From: Podarcis filfolensis
Taxonomy: Eukaryota
Length of the DNA stretch: 64,000 nucleotides
Strand: one strand, 5' to 3'
Assembly: GCA_964270895.1 (NCBI GenBank)
Contig: OZ185444.1
The notes beneath the pieces were generated by a model that worked only from the letters and a program-made list of their open reading frames with translations, made no database searches and had not been told where the DNA came from. The position numbers and the translations under genes were made by a program. Within the stretch, counting starts at the first letter, position 1, and each line of letters starts with the position of its first letter. Shown one piece after another: positions 23,801-34,535 of the stretch.

Positions 23801-25117
23801 ACTTGGTGACTTGCACATTTAAACAACTTGTCATGTGAATACAACACATGCATAAGAGTTTATTATTTGCATCTTTGGCTGGACAACAAACTGACCAAAA
23901 TAAAAAAGTCAATTTCAACCTTTGTTTGGTATTCGTGAACTTTTTAGATTGAGCTTCCACTATACCGTATAAACTACACTATACTGCTGCATATTACGAT
24001 AATCTATTCAACACATCTGTGTAGACTGGGTAAAACTGCATATGATTTTGATTTAGCAAGGAAAATACTGTATGGAATAATGAGAAGACTCTAGATTAGT
24101 AATAACTTGTCTTCTCATTACACAAGTCTTCTTTTATATTGTAGAGTGAGAAGGTGCATTGGCAGTAAATCAACAAATGGGTCAGGTGGAAAATCCAGTC
24201 TACTCTGAAGGCCATTAGAATTTAGCTCAGGAATTCCCTGTGGAATTGAATGGTTGCTCTAAATCAGAGATTGCAGGATAGGGATGTCAGGTGATCCCTG
24301 TCTCAGAATAAGATGATAATTACAATCCTCCCATGTACCTCTACCCTACACATTTATACAGACTTACTGAGCACTACACTCTGCTTCTTGCCTTACCCCA
24401 ATGGATAATTGTGTCAATGCTTTGCCTGAAACTGAAGAGCCAGTAGCCTATTTCGAAGTAACACAATTTGAGTTGGGAGCAAAATTCACTGATTAGCTCC
24501 ATCCTGATGTTACACATACCAGCTTGCCCAATGCCTTGATGGGGAAAGTTAGTGTGCACGGTATCTGGGGTAGGGATAGTCAATGCTGCACCGCTCTCTG
24601 CTCACATGAGCGTTACCTTTAAATGGTATTGACCATGTTGTGCGATGTGACTACATTATTGTAATTTTTATCATTGAGCACCAGCTGCACAGAAGTTCTG
24701 GGCTGGCTCATTCTTCAGTGTGCTAGAACGCTTTTCTGCTGGGCATGTTGAAGGACTGCTTCAGTTGCAGTTGTTGATTGGCCAGAGCTGACATTAATGC
24801 TACATTTTAAGTATAGAAAGGCTGTAGTTGATGGGAAACCTGTCCAGTCAGTCAAATGCCAGATGTTTATATAAATCATTTGGTACTTTCTCACTGTGAT
24901 CGCTGTGTGTTCAGCATCTATCATAAATTCTTGTTTTCTATTTGCATTGTACTTCTGTGCATACATTGAGGTCCATTTTGCATGAACACATTTTTTGGTA
25001 TAACAGAATGGATAAACAATCCGCCTCCATTGATCAATGATCTATGAAAACTGATCCATGGCAACCCTTTCACACAACCATGTCCTTGAGTTATAACTTC
25101 AGGTAATCACTTTAAAT

Positions 25118-25253
25118 CAGGCTTCCTCAACCTCGGCCCTCCAGATGTTTTGAGACTACAATTTGCAGCATCCCTGACCACTGGTCCTGCTAGCTAAGGA
25201 TCATGGGAGTTGTAGGCTAAAAACATCTGGAGGGCCTAGGTTGAGGAAGCCTG
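25118..25253. mobile_element. 136-bp palindromic hAT MITE
   Basis: TIR CAGGCTTCCTCAACCT...AGGTTGAGGAAGCCTG; perfect 8-bp TSD CTTTAAAT (25110-25117, 25254-25261). Confidence 0.95.
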
Positions 25254-25962
25254 CTTTAAATAATGTTGATGAGAACTGGCCTTGAACTACATAAGTTCTC
25301 TAGACTAATATTACTTCATTATCCATATCAAGCCTCATCTCCCCCCTTTACAATAAATTAGTGTTAATAGATGGGAAAGATATAATCCAAAGATAACGGA
25401 ATTAATATGGTTAAGCCTCAAAAGATGAGAGTTTCATGTCGGGCTATGACAGTGTCAGAGGATGTGGGACAGCTTAATAATATTTGATATCCAGAGGCTC
25501 CTAAGGAATGAGAAACTATGTTATGATCTTTGTGATGTCAGATTTCCTGTTTAATTTGCATGCTTCTGTGTCTTGTCAGTCAGTTGAATGTAAGACTGAA
25601 AACTTCAAGAATTGTTTACATGTTAAGAAGTCATTGTTAGCTAGTAGCAAGGTTTCTGAATATAGTTAAACCTAATTAAGACAATTCGAAAATGCCTACT
25701 GGGAGCTATAAGCGCCACTGTTATAATCTTACAACAACAATTATTTAGGAGGTCAAAACTTATGACACAAAGCAGGCTGCTGAAGTAAATTGGGAGAGAA
25801 TTGAGGCATGGGAAGCCAACAGGAAGAACCTGGGCATCACAGCACTATCCCCTCTTGTGTTTCTCTGCAACTGGTATTAGGGGCACTCTGTATCTGACAA
25901 TGGAGATAACATATATGTATAACATCATGACTAGAGGCTATTGGCTGCCTTAGCTATCCTCC

Positions 25963-26595
25963 TGTCAGTTTCTGGATTCAGACGTAGGTCAGCAATAAAT
26001 CAAAAGATCATCTGAGACCAGTGAAGTTAACTCTTTATTTAAGCAACTCTTTATTCAAACAACCACAGTTTAGGCCTAGTGGTCTCAGCAAATCTTTCTA
26101 GGAGGTCTTGCCCAGATAAAGCAGTTGTGAGGACTAAAGGCCCCCACCTTCCCAGTGCCTACCAGGGCTCCTCCTCCTGAGGACCTTTTCCATGCAGCCT
26201 CAGGCTGCGTCTGCATTCAACCACCTTGTGTACTGCCTGTTTTCATTCTTCTGCTAGTTCTAGGAGATGGGGGAGAGCTGGTCACAGCTGGAGGGGGAGA
26301 ATCCCTGGCTTTTTCAGCAGCTTGTCTTTCTTTCTCTTGGCCCCACTCCTTTCCAGCTCCCGCTTCTGCCTTGGAGTCTAAACTGTTCTCTGTCTCAGCC
26401 TCTTCCTGTTCACTAAATCCTGTTACCTCTTCTGCTTCCGACACCTTCTCCTCCCAGGCCACTCCTCCTTCTCCCTCTTGCCACTCATCCCATCCTCGTC
26501 ATCCCACCCCCAATCTCCTGGCTCCAAGCCTTGTTTCCTTGGGGGTTCCCCCTGATGTCTCCTACCACTCCTCTGCATACAGCCAGTCTATGACA
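25963..26595 (-). mobile_element. Solo LTR (probably Gypsy/Ty3), 633 bp
   Basis: TGTCA...TGACA termini; 5-bp TSD CCTCC/CCTCT; AATAAAGAGTTAAC on the minus strand; homologous to 31474-32856. Confidence 0.85.
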
Positions 26596-27001
26596 CCTCT
26601 ATGAATTTGTTATTCCCCTTTTAAAGACATCAGAGCAGGTGGCCATCACTACATCTTGTACGAAATGTCATAGTTTCATGATGTCTGGTGTGAAGTACTT
26701 TCTTTTACCTCTTCTGAATCTCAAGCAACTTAAAGAATAATTGCTAGTCCATTGACTGGATAGTTGGAACTGATGAGAAAAATTAGTGAGTGAAAAAATC
26801 TTCATGGAATTGTGGATTTGGAAATTATGCTGCAAATCATATAATACAAAACCCCTACCTTAATTCACTGACATGGATTGAAACAACCACCAGGTGCTTT
26901 AGATCTGACTGTGTTGAGCTTGTCCCACACAGTGAGGTGACCATAAATTATATGATTATGAAGACATGATACATATGCACACTTATTTTCAGGCAACACC
27001 A

Positions 27002-27112
27002 AATGTTACAACTGGAGGCAGATTGTGATGAATGGACAACAGCATGGCAGATGGGATTCAACATTAATAACTGCAAAGCAGCAAATTTTGGAAGAAAGAT
27101 AATTTTATCTAT
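27002..27112 (+). mobile_element. CR1 RT fragment
   Basis: Reads ...EWTTAWQMGFNINNCKAANFGRK, matching the CR1 W..KWQMxFNxxKCKVMHxG motif. Confidence 0.65.
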
Positions 27113-27212
27113 GAATATCAGTGAAAATGCCAAGGGTTGTTTTCAGCAAAGCTGTACTCAGAGTAGACCCACTGAAATGAATGAACCAAAGTTAAGAATG
27201 TTTATTAACATC

Positions 27213-27888
27213 TTTTTTCTTAAATTTTATATTGATTTTACATATACAAATATACACACATCATATAATCAGAATATTAAAAAAGAAGGAAATGAAAAAG
27301 AAATGAAAAAAGTCTCAAAAAACAAGCATTTTCAAATACAATTCTTCGTAGAGAGTGCAAGCCGTCTTTTTGCAACTTCTGGCTTGACTCCTTGATTCCT
27401 AACATGACTTCCCGCTACCCATGAACGTTACTTGAGCATTCCTTTTCCTAAATATCTGTATTCAGTTGGTAAGAGAAACATTCCGGCTGCCAGTGGGATT
27501 TATCTACGCTAAACCAAGTGATGGTCTGGGAACCTCCATTTTTTCATATGTTTTATAAAAACATCCCATTCTCTCCTTATTCTCTCCTTTGAATGATTTC
27601 TTATTGAGTCTGTAAGTTTAGCCAATTCTCGGTATTCACTTAGTTTTAACAGCCATTCTTCCTTTGTTGGTATTTTATTACTTTTCCAGTGTTTCACTAT
27701 CACAATCATGGCGGCCGTGATTGGGTATAGAAAAACTCTTCTGTTATCTTTTGGGATGTCCGTTGTGAAAATTGTTAATAAAAATAATTTGGGGTTTTTT
27801 TTAAGAATGTGTATCTAATCATTTTTTAAATTTCTTCATAAATCATGTCCCAGAATTTATATATATACATATGTAAATAATAATAAAA
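27213..27888 (-). mobile_element. 5'-truncated L1 LINE
   Basis: Minus strand FWDMIYEEI*KMIRYTFLKK..PQIILL...AAMIVIVKHWKSNKIPTKEEWLLKL...; perfect 19-bp TSD AAGAATGTTTATTAACATC (27194-27212, 27889-27907); ~33-bp AT-rich filler at the 5' junction. Confidence 0.92.
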
Positions 27889-28524
27889 AAGAATGTTTAT
27901 TAACATCAATGGGTCTTCTCTGAGTAGGTGTAGAAGTGACTCCAACTCATTGCTCTCTGAAGATAAAAGAAAAGAAAAGAAAAGAAAAAAAGCCCTGTTC
28001 AGATGACTAAAGTGATGGGTATAGGACTGGAATTGCCCTTCTTGGCTGTACCCCCACCCTTCTGGTTATTTTGCACAGAGCTGGGGATTGAAATGAAGAA
28101 TCACAACCCTCCTCTCCCCCCATGTGTTGGTTATCCCAAGATTAGCCGTATGATGAATGGCGGAGAATTTTTGGGTTGCTTAGTGGAAAGTGTATACAGT
28201 TGCAAAAATCAAAGTGCATCAAAGTGCATACAGTTGCAAAAATAACATGAAAATGCATTATATTCAGGGAAATTGCTTGTAAACATGTGGCCACTAGAAA
28301 AGATTACATGCAAAAATGCAGGTATTATGAGTAATGCACACAAAAAATGCTGAAGATTTTTTCGTGAGGATATTTTCTGCAGACTGATCCAGAAAAGTGG
28401 TGAATTTAAAGTTGGAAAAAAATGAGAAGCCAAGAGGAACCAAAAATGGACAGATTTGTCTATCCCTCGCTGCTTGCACAGATTAGTCCATCTGCCAGTG
28501 TTAATGAATTAAAAGGAGAAGTGT

Positions 28525-28810
28525 CAGAAATAAGGCCAGTACTGCAGTACAATATTGTTATCTGAGTCTGTGGTGTGATGGCATTTAGAATAATGTGTGT
28601 AATTCGGGCTGCTGTTCTTTAAAAAGAAATGGCAGGCTGATGGAAAAGATGCAGGACAAGGTGACTAATATAGTTAAGTGAAGTGGATCAATTTTCATAT
28701 GAATAAATACTTAAATAGTTATGGCTATGTAGTCTGAGGGAGATTTTATGGAGCGTTACAAGATTATAAATAGAGAGAATAAATTAAAAATATTTTTTCA
28801 GTCTCTCAAC
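28525..28810 (+). mobile_element. Degenerate CR1 ORF2 C-terminal fragment
   Basis: Remnants of IRPVLQY...MEKMQDKVT...GDFMERYKIIN (CR1 VRPxLEY...LEKVQxRAT...GDxIExYKI). Confidence 0.6.
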
Positions 28811-30469
28811 CTTCAAGAAATTGTGATCACCCCATACCCATCAACTTCCTGTTTCCCCCCGTGAGAGCACGGCAGCCATTTTGGGTGCCCTATTCTTGTG
28901 ATTTCAGGGTGAGATCTTGTCCCCCCCATGTGTTTTTTTTGGGGTATGTGGTGATGTTGCATACAGCCCCAAAACACACACTTTTTGGAGCTGTGCCCAG
29001 AAAAAAATCTTTTTTCTGTGTCCACAATCTTTCATTTTGGGGCGCTGTGTCTGAAAAAAAACCACTTTTCCCTGGTCTGCAGTTTCACACAGGTCACATG
29101 ACTTGTGCAGGATTATGAACCTGGAAAATAGTGTCCTGGATTGGGGCCGTGTCACATTGACCTTTTGGTATAAAAGGTCATTAGAGATTAAGGCCTTTTG
29201 TGCATTACACATCGAAAGCAGCATCACACCACTTTAAATTATCATGGCTTCCCCCAGAATCTTAGGAACTCTTGTTTGTAAAGGATGCCAAGTGTTTTTA
29301 GGAGACATTTTATTTGTCTCACAGAGGAATTACCAGAGTTCGCTAGGAAGAGGAATTGACTGTTAAATCACTTGGGGAATAGTACTTCTGTGTGGGGGAT
29401 AGGAAGCTTAACAAACGACAGTACCCAGGATTCTTTGAGAGAAGCCATGACTGCTTTGCTTTCAATGTATAGTGCTGATAGGGCCTAAGAATCCAAATTG
29501 GGAAGCACTTGAGTGCTTAAATGCCCCTTGCAATTGGAATCAAGTGTGGACAAAGATAGTAGTAGCTCTGTCCGCCCCACATTACCATTTTCACTGCCCT
29601 CTACAAGCTGCTAGGAATTGTCCACAGTAGAGTCTGCTCTACTTGAATAGGCTTCCTATATAATTTAGAACTGCAAAAGAGTAGGACAGGCTCCTTAATA
29701 CAGATGTCACCCTTCCAGTTTATGGAGGGTGGCAGTAACAGTGACCAGATAGTGGACTTAGCATGCCCATTCACACCCTTGCTCATCACCTGAATGATAT
29801 TGAGAGTGCCTAAAGAGAGCTTTGGATACCCCCCTCTGATATACAGCAGCAATTTGGTTCCTTCTGTTCCCATTCACAGTTATGTGCTGATCTTCTGGAG
29901 TTTGCTTTAAGAAAATTCTGCACATAACGTGACTTAGATTTGAAACTATTCACAGACTTTCTTTCATCAAATGCCAAAAACGGAACTAGCATGCTGGTTT
30001 TCTAAACTGGCATGACATAATGATTCTGAAGTGTGTTACCGAAAGGTTATTAATAAGAACCATAAACGGAGTCGCTGGACAAGTCTACTCATTATTGTGT
30101 GTGTAGAAACTATTTTGAGAAGAAACTTTATAACTGCTTTGTGGAAAACAGTCATGGAAAACTAGACAAATAGGGATGGGCAGGTTCAGTAGTCATTTCC
30201 TTCCTTCTCGGAGTACTAGCCTGTGAAAACAAAACACATATAAAACGTGTGGTGTTGTTTTTTTTAAAAAATGTTGAATACAGAGCTGTCATATTTAAAC
30301 CGCAGAATCTTAGTGTTAGTCCAGTCTCACTCCCACCCTAAATTGAGGTAATTCACTGCCATAGCACCTCTAATAGATGGTGGCAGAACTGGGCACAGCA
30401 CACTGAAGCAAAATAGAGTGGCACCATGACTTCTAGAGACCTGGGCATTAAATGCCTGTTGTAGTAGTC

Positions 30470-30790
30470 TGGAATTGCATTGGCCTATTTGGATGCTGCA
30501 CCACACTGCTGACTCACATTTAGTTTTGGTCTACTAAACCCCCAAGATCATTTTGACAAACCTACTGTCATCCTGTATTTGTCCATCTGATTTGTCCATC
30601 TCTGCTGAAATTCATTTTGTTAGTTTTGGCCCAGCTCTCCATCCTGTCAAGATCATCTTGAACTCTGTTTCTGTCTATTATCTACTTCATCCAGTCTGGT
30701 GCCACTTGCTAATTCGATTAGCATTCTTCCACACCTTCGTCTTAGCAGCTTTTAATGATATTAAACACCAGACCTGGCACAGAACTCTGC
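30470..30790 (-). mobile_element. Degenerate CR1 RT fragment
   Basis: Minus strand gives LIELASGTRLDEV..., a decayed LIKFADDTKLGG motif, followed by MxFNxDK remnants. Confidence 0.6.
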
Positions 30791-30844
30791 AGCACCTCAT
30801 ATATGGGAGAGTTGCAGTGAAACCTAACAATACTAGTTTAGTAT

Positions 30845-31381
30845 GTTGTTGTTGTTTAGTCATTTAGTCGTGTCCGACTCTTCACGACCCCATGGACCAG
30901 AGCACGCCAGGCACTCCTGTCTTCCACTGCCTCCCGCAGTTTGGTCAAACTCATGCCGGTAGCTTCGAGAACACTGTCCAACCATCTCATCCTCTGTCAT
31001 CCCCTTCTCCTTGTGTCCTCCATCTTTCCCAACATCTTTCCCAGCATCAGGGTCTTTTCCAGGGAGTCTTCTCTTCTCATGATGTGGACAAAGTATTGGA
31101 GCCTTAGCTTCAAGATCTGTCCTTCCAGTGAGTACTCAGGGCTGATTTCCTTAAGAATGGATAGGTTTGATCTTCTTGCAGTCCATGGGACTCTCAAGAG
31201 TCTCCTCCAGCACCATAATTCAAAAGCATCAATTCTTCGGCGATCAGCCTTCTTGATGGTCCAGCTCTCACTTCCATACATCACTACTGGGAAAACCATA
31301 GCTTTAACTATATGGACCTTTGTTGGCAAGGTGATGTCTCTGCTTTTTAAGATGCTGTCTAGGTTTGTCATTGCTTTTCTC
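30845..31381 (-). mobile_element. BovB (RTE) LINE 3' fragment
   Basis: ORF 30997..31386 (KAMVFPVVMYGSESWTIKKADRRRIDAFELWCWRRLLRVPWTARRSN) is the BovB ORF C-terminus; (AAC)n tail; TSD ATACTAGT(T)TAGTAT at 30830-30844 / 31387-31400. Confidence 0.95.
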
Positions 31382-31473
31382 TTCATATACTAGTTAGTAT
31401 ATGAAGTAGTTACGGGCCACAGAGTTCTGTTGCCATGTCCCCTCTTCTCCTGAGAGGGAGGAAGTCAGGTTTG

Positions 31474-32856
31474 TGTCATGTTGGACACAGAGGAATGGTG
31501 TGAGGAACCAAAGGAAGAAGGTTCAGAACCTGTGGAGTGGTGGTGGTGGGATGATGATGAGTGGTCTGAGGGAGAAGACTGGGAAGAGGAGGTGTCAGAA
31601 GCTGAAGGGATAACAAGGCTTGGTGAGCTGGGAGAGAGAAGTCCAGAATCAGAAGCTGAAGCTGGCAAGTTGGAAGAGAGAGGTCAAGAGGCAGAGAGGA
31701 GTCAGGCTAGTGAAAGGTCGTGGGTGTCTTTCCCTCCTGCTGTGACAAGCTTCCCCACCATCTCCCAGAACCAGAAGAGGCATGCCAAGGATTAAGACTT
31801 TATGGGAGATGATCTATAATGAAATGAAAAAGGTATTTAAATATCCCTTTCTGAAGAAACCAGAGGCCTTTCTCCTGGGCATGGTCGGCCAATTGGTGGC
31901 AAAGAAGGATAGAACTTTCTTTATGTATGCCACAACAGCAGCAAGAATACTTATTGCAAAGTACTGGAAGACACAAGATCTACCCACCCGGGAAGAATGG
32001 CAGATGAAGGTGATGGACTACATGGAACTGGCGGAAATGACGGGCAGAATCCGAGACCAGGGAGAAGAGTTGGTGGAGGAAGATTGGAAGAAATTTAAAG
32101 ACTATTTACAGAAACATTGCAAAATTAATGAATGTTAGAAGGATGTTGGAATGATGTTATGTGGCTTTAGCAGAAATGTTATAAAGGATTTGGGAAAAAC
32201 TGACTGTTAATTGGTGAAAGGAGGGAAAGTAAAGATATATTATATTAAGATAAATTACAGGACAAAAATTTGAAAAGGTGGAAAGGATTTGCTGAAACAG
32301 ATAATCGAACTAGAATACAAAAAAGGGAGGTGTGAGGAGGTTAAGGAAATAAGCTAATGAAAGATAAGTTATGGGAAGATGCGCTGTATTCTTCTTTTTT
32401 TTTGCTTTTTTAATGGATTTTATTTTTTCGTGTTTTTTCTTTCTTTTTCTCATTCTTGTTTTTTCTTTATTGTGATGTGTTGTATTGTTTCTGTTAAAAG
32501 GGTGTTTTTTTTTGTTTTTTCTTTCTGTAACCTTTAAAACTTTAATAAATATTAATTAAAAAAAAAACAGAACCAGAAGAGGCATGAAGAGGGCAGAGAA
32601 GAGACTGGCTACACACAGTCCCAGTCTCTGATTGCTTGGGAAAAGCCCAGGAGAGGAGGAGATATAGACAGCTGTTGGGGAGGTGGGGTCCTTTAGTCTT
32701 GGAAACTGATTTCATGGAGTAAGGCCCACAGAGAGTGAGCTGTGGTGCTCATTAGGCCTGACACTCAGCCAAGTCTGTGGAGATAGTGGTTTTGGTAATA
32801 AAGAGTTAACTCAAAAATTGAACTGTGTGATTTGCTGACCAGCACACTCTGTGACA
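31474..32856 (+). mobile_element. Solo LTR (probably Gypsy/Ty3), ~581 bp after removing the nested L1
   Basis: TGTCA...TGACA termini; perfect 5-bp TSD GTTTG (31469-31473, 32857-32861); AATAAAGAGTTAAC near the 3' end. Confidence 0.9.
31785..32567 (+). mobile_element. 5'-truncated L1 nested in the solo LTR
   Basis: ORF2 C-terminus (ORF 31782..32138), 3' UTR, AATAAA and poly(A); perfect 19-bp TSD CAGAACCAGAAGAGGCATG (31766-31784, 32568-32586). Confidence 0.95.
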
Positions 32857-33660
32857 GTTTGTTTCCTGTTAGCTTTCTGATATGCAGCTCCACTTCTAGG
32901 TGCTCCACCTTTCACTGAAGCTCTGGAGATGCAACAGTGCTTGCTTCCTTTCACAGGGATGTTCTGCCTCTAGATCTCCTGCCTCAAGCAAAGAATCATA
33001 GAATCATAGAACTGAATCATAAAATCACAGGGGTTGATTTAGTTATCCCACAACTTCCCCTCCAACTCTGTGATTTTAAAATAGGAAAATAATAGTTGCC
33101 ACATTCAGGATTCATCTGCAAAAACACGCTGTTGTTGTTAAACCCCCACATTAAAGCCTCTGCCTGCAGATTGTCATATACTGAATGTGCAGATACATGG
33201 ATTTTATGACCAGCTTCATGATTAATGACTAGAATCAATGGACAGATGGTCTAAACAGTCTACTGACAGTGAAAATCAATCACTTTATACTACAAAACAC
33301 AAATATTTCTTTCTCAGTTTCATTCAGCATATTGTTCTAAGCTGTCCCTTTCTTATTCTTTGGTGGGGAAAATAAATCTTTATAAGTTATTTTCCTTTAT
33401 AAGTTACTTCCCCTTCTATGCCAGTTGAACTACTTTGGTTTGAAGAGGACCTGTGGAGAAAAATCCCCTGCTGTTAAGCGGGCTTCTCACCTTGGAAAAG
33501 GGGGTAGAAGGTCATCAGTGGTCAAATGGATGTATTGGAGATTTTGTCAGGAGTCCATCGCATGCTGTGGCTTTCTTCTTTGGGAACGAAGATCTGTGTG
33601 GAAATGGAAAATGCAATGACTTTAGTAATGGATATTGTTGCTTCCTGGTTCTCTCTCCTC

Positions 33661-33777
33661 TTAGACACAGATCTATTTCATTAGTCAATGATTTGACATC
33701 ATTGACTAATTGACTAAACATCATTGACTAAACAATATTAGACACAGATCTATTTCATTAGTCAATGATTTGACATC
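33661..33777. repeat. 40-bp direct duplication with a 37-bp templated spacer
   Basis: 33661-33700 is identical to 33738-33777. Confidence 0.95.
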
Positions 33778-33894
33778 TAAACTTAAGTCAACTGTCTATT
33801 TTATTTTGTTTTATTTTAATGTTGAGTTGCTACAATAGATTGTGTCCAGCATAGTTCTCAATCAACATCAAATATCAAAATGCAGCATTGCATA

Positions 33895-33946
33895 GAAGAA
33901 GAAGAAGAAGAAGAAGAAGAAGATGATGAAGAAGAAGAAGAAGAAG

Positions 33947-33976
<30 letters not shown>
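33895..33976. repeat. (GAA)n microsatellite with a GAT interruption
   Basis: Direct reading; abuts a short L2-type tail. Confidence 0.98.
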
Positions 33977-33977
<1 letters not shown>

Positions 33978-34009
33978 TATTATTATTTATACCCCATCCA
34001 TCTGGCTTT

Positions 34010-34072
34010 AAAACTTCTCTAAACAATGACAGGTAAACATTAAAAACTTCTCTAAACAATGACAGGTAAACA
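34010..34072. repeat. Tandem duplication (30-bp unit, period 33) within an L2 3' remnant
   Basis: AAAACTTCTCTAAACAATGACAGGTAAACA occurs twice; similar wording is in the L2 at 49115-49135. Confidence 0.85.
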
Positions 34073-34198
34073 AACACATTCATTTTTTTAATAAAATAAA
34101 TCCACAATTTTCAATAATCAAAGCATAAAATAAATACTGCAACATCACAATGAAACAATACAATTCACAATAGCAGCACACAATTTTGTATGTGTACT

Positions 34199-34535
34199 AA
34201 GAATCATAGAGTTGGAGGAGATCTCAAAGGCCATCAAAGGCCAACCTGTGGATGATGCAGATAATCTCCTATGTGGGCATTCAGCCTCCATGTAAAAACC
34301 CAACTCCACCATCATCTGAGGCAGTCTGTTCCACTGCTGAAAAGCTCATAATGTCAGGAAGTTCTTCCTGATGTGTAACACAAACCCCTTTCCTGCAATT
34401 AGAAACCATGGGCTCAGGTCCCACCCCTGAAAGCAAAAGAACAAATATGCTCCACCATCTATGTGACAGCCCTCCAGATATTTGAGGATAGCTTTCATAT
34501 TGCCTCTTCATTGTTTCCACTCCAGGCTAAACATA
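34199..34535 (-). mobile_element. CR1 LINE 3' region
   Basis: AGAATCATAGAGTTGGA tail, then GGCAGTCTGTTCCACTG...TCAGGAAGTTCTTCCTGATG...CAGCCCTCCAGATATTTGA. Confidence 0.8.

Noticed and set aside
26155-26604. 149-aa Ser/Pro-rich ORF (and 31465..31668)
   Set aside because: Antisense shadows of the purine-rich LTR frame.
30941-31393. Long ORFs antisense to BovB (also 35936..36256 and 60549..60896)
   Set aside because: They are shadow frames of the BovB ORF, recurring only because the same element recurs.
33661-33777. Repeat-spacer-repeat pattern resembling a CRISPR array
   Set aside because: Only two repeats, the spacer derives from the repeat itself, the context is eukaryotic and there are no cas genes.
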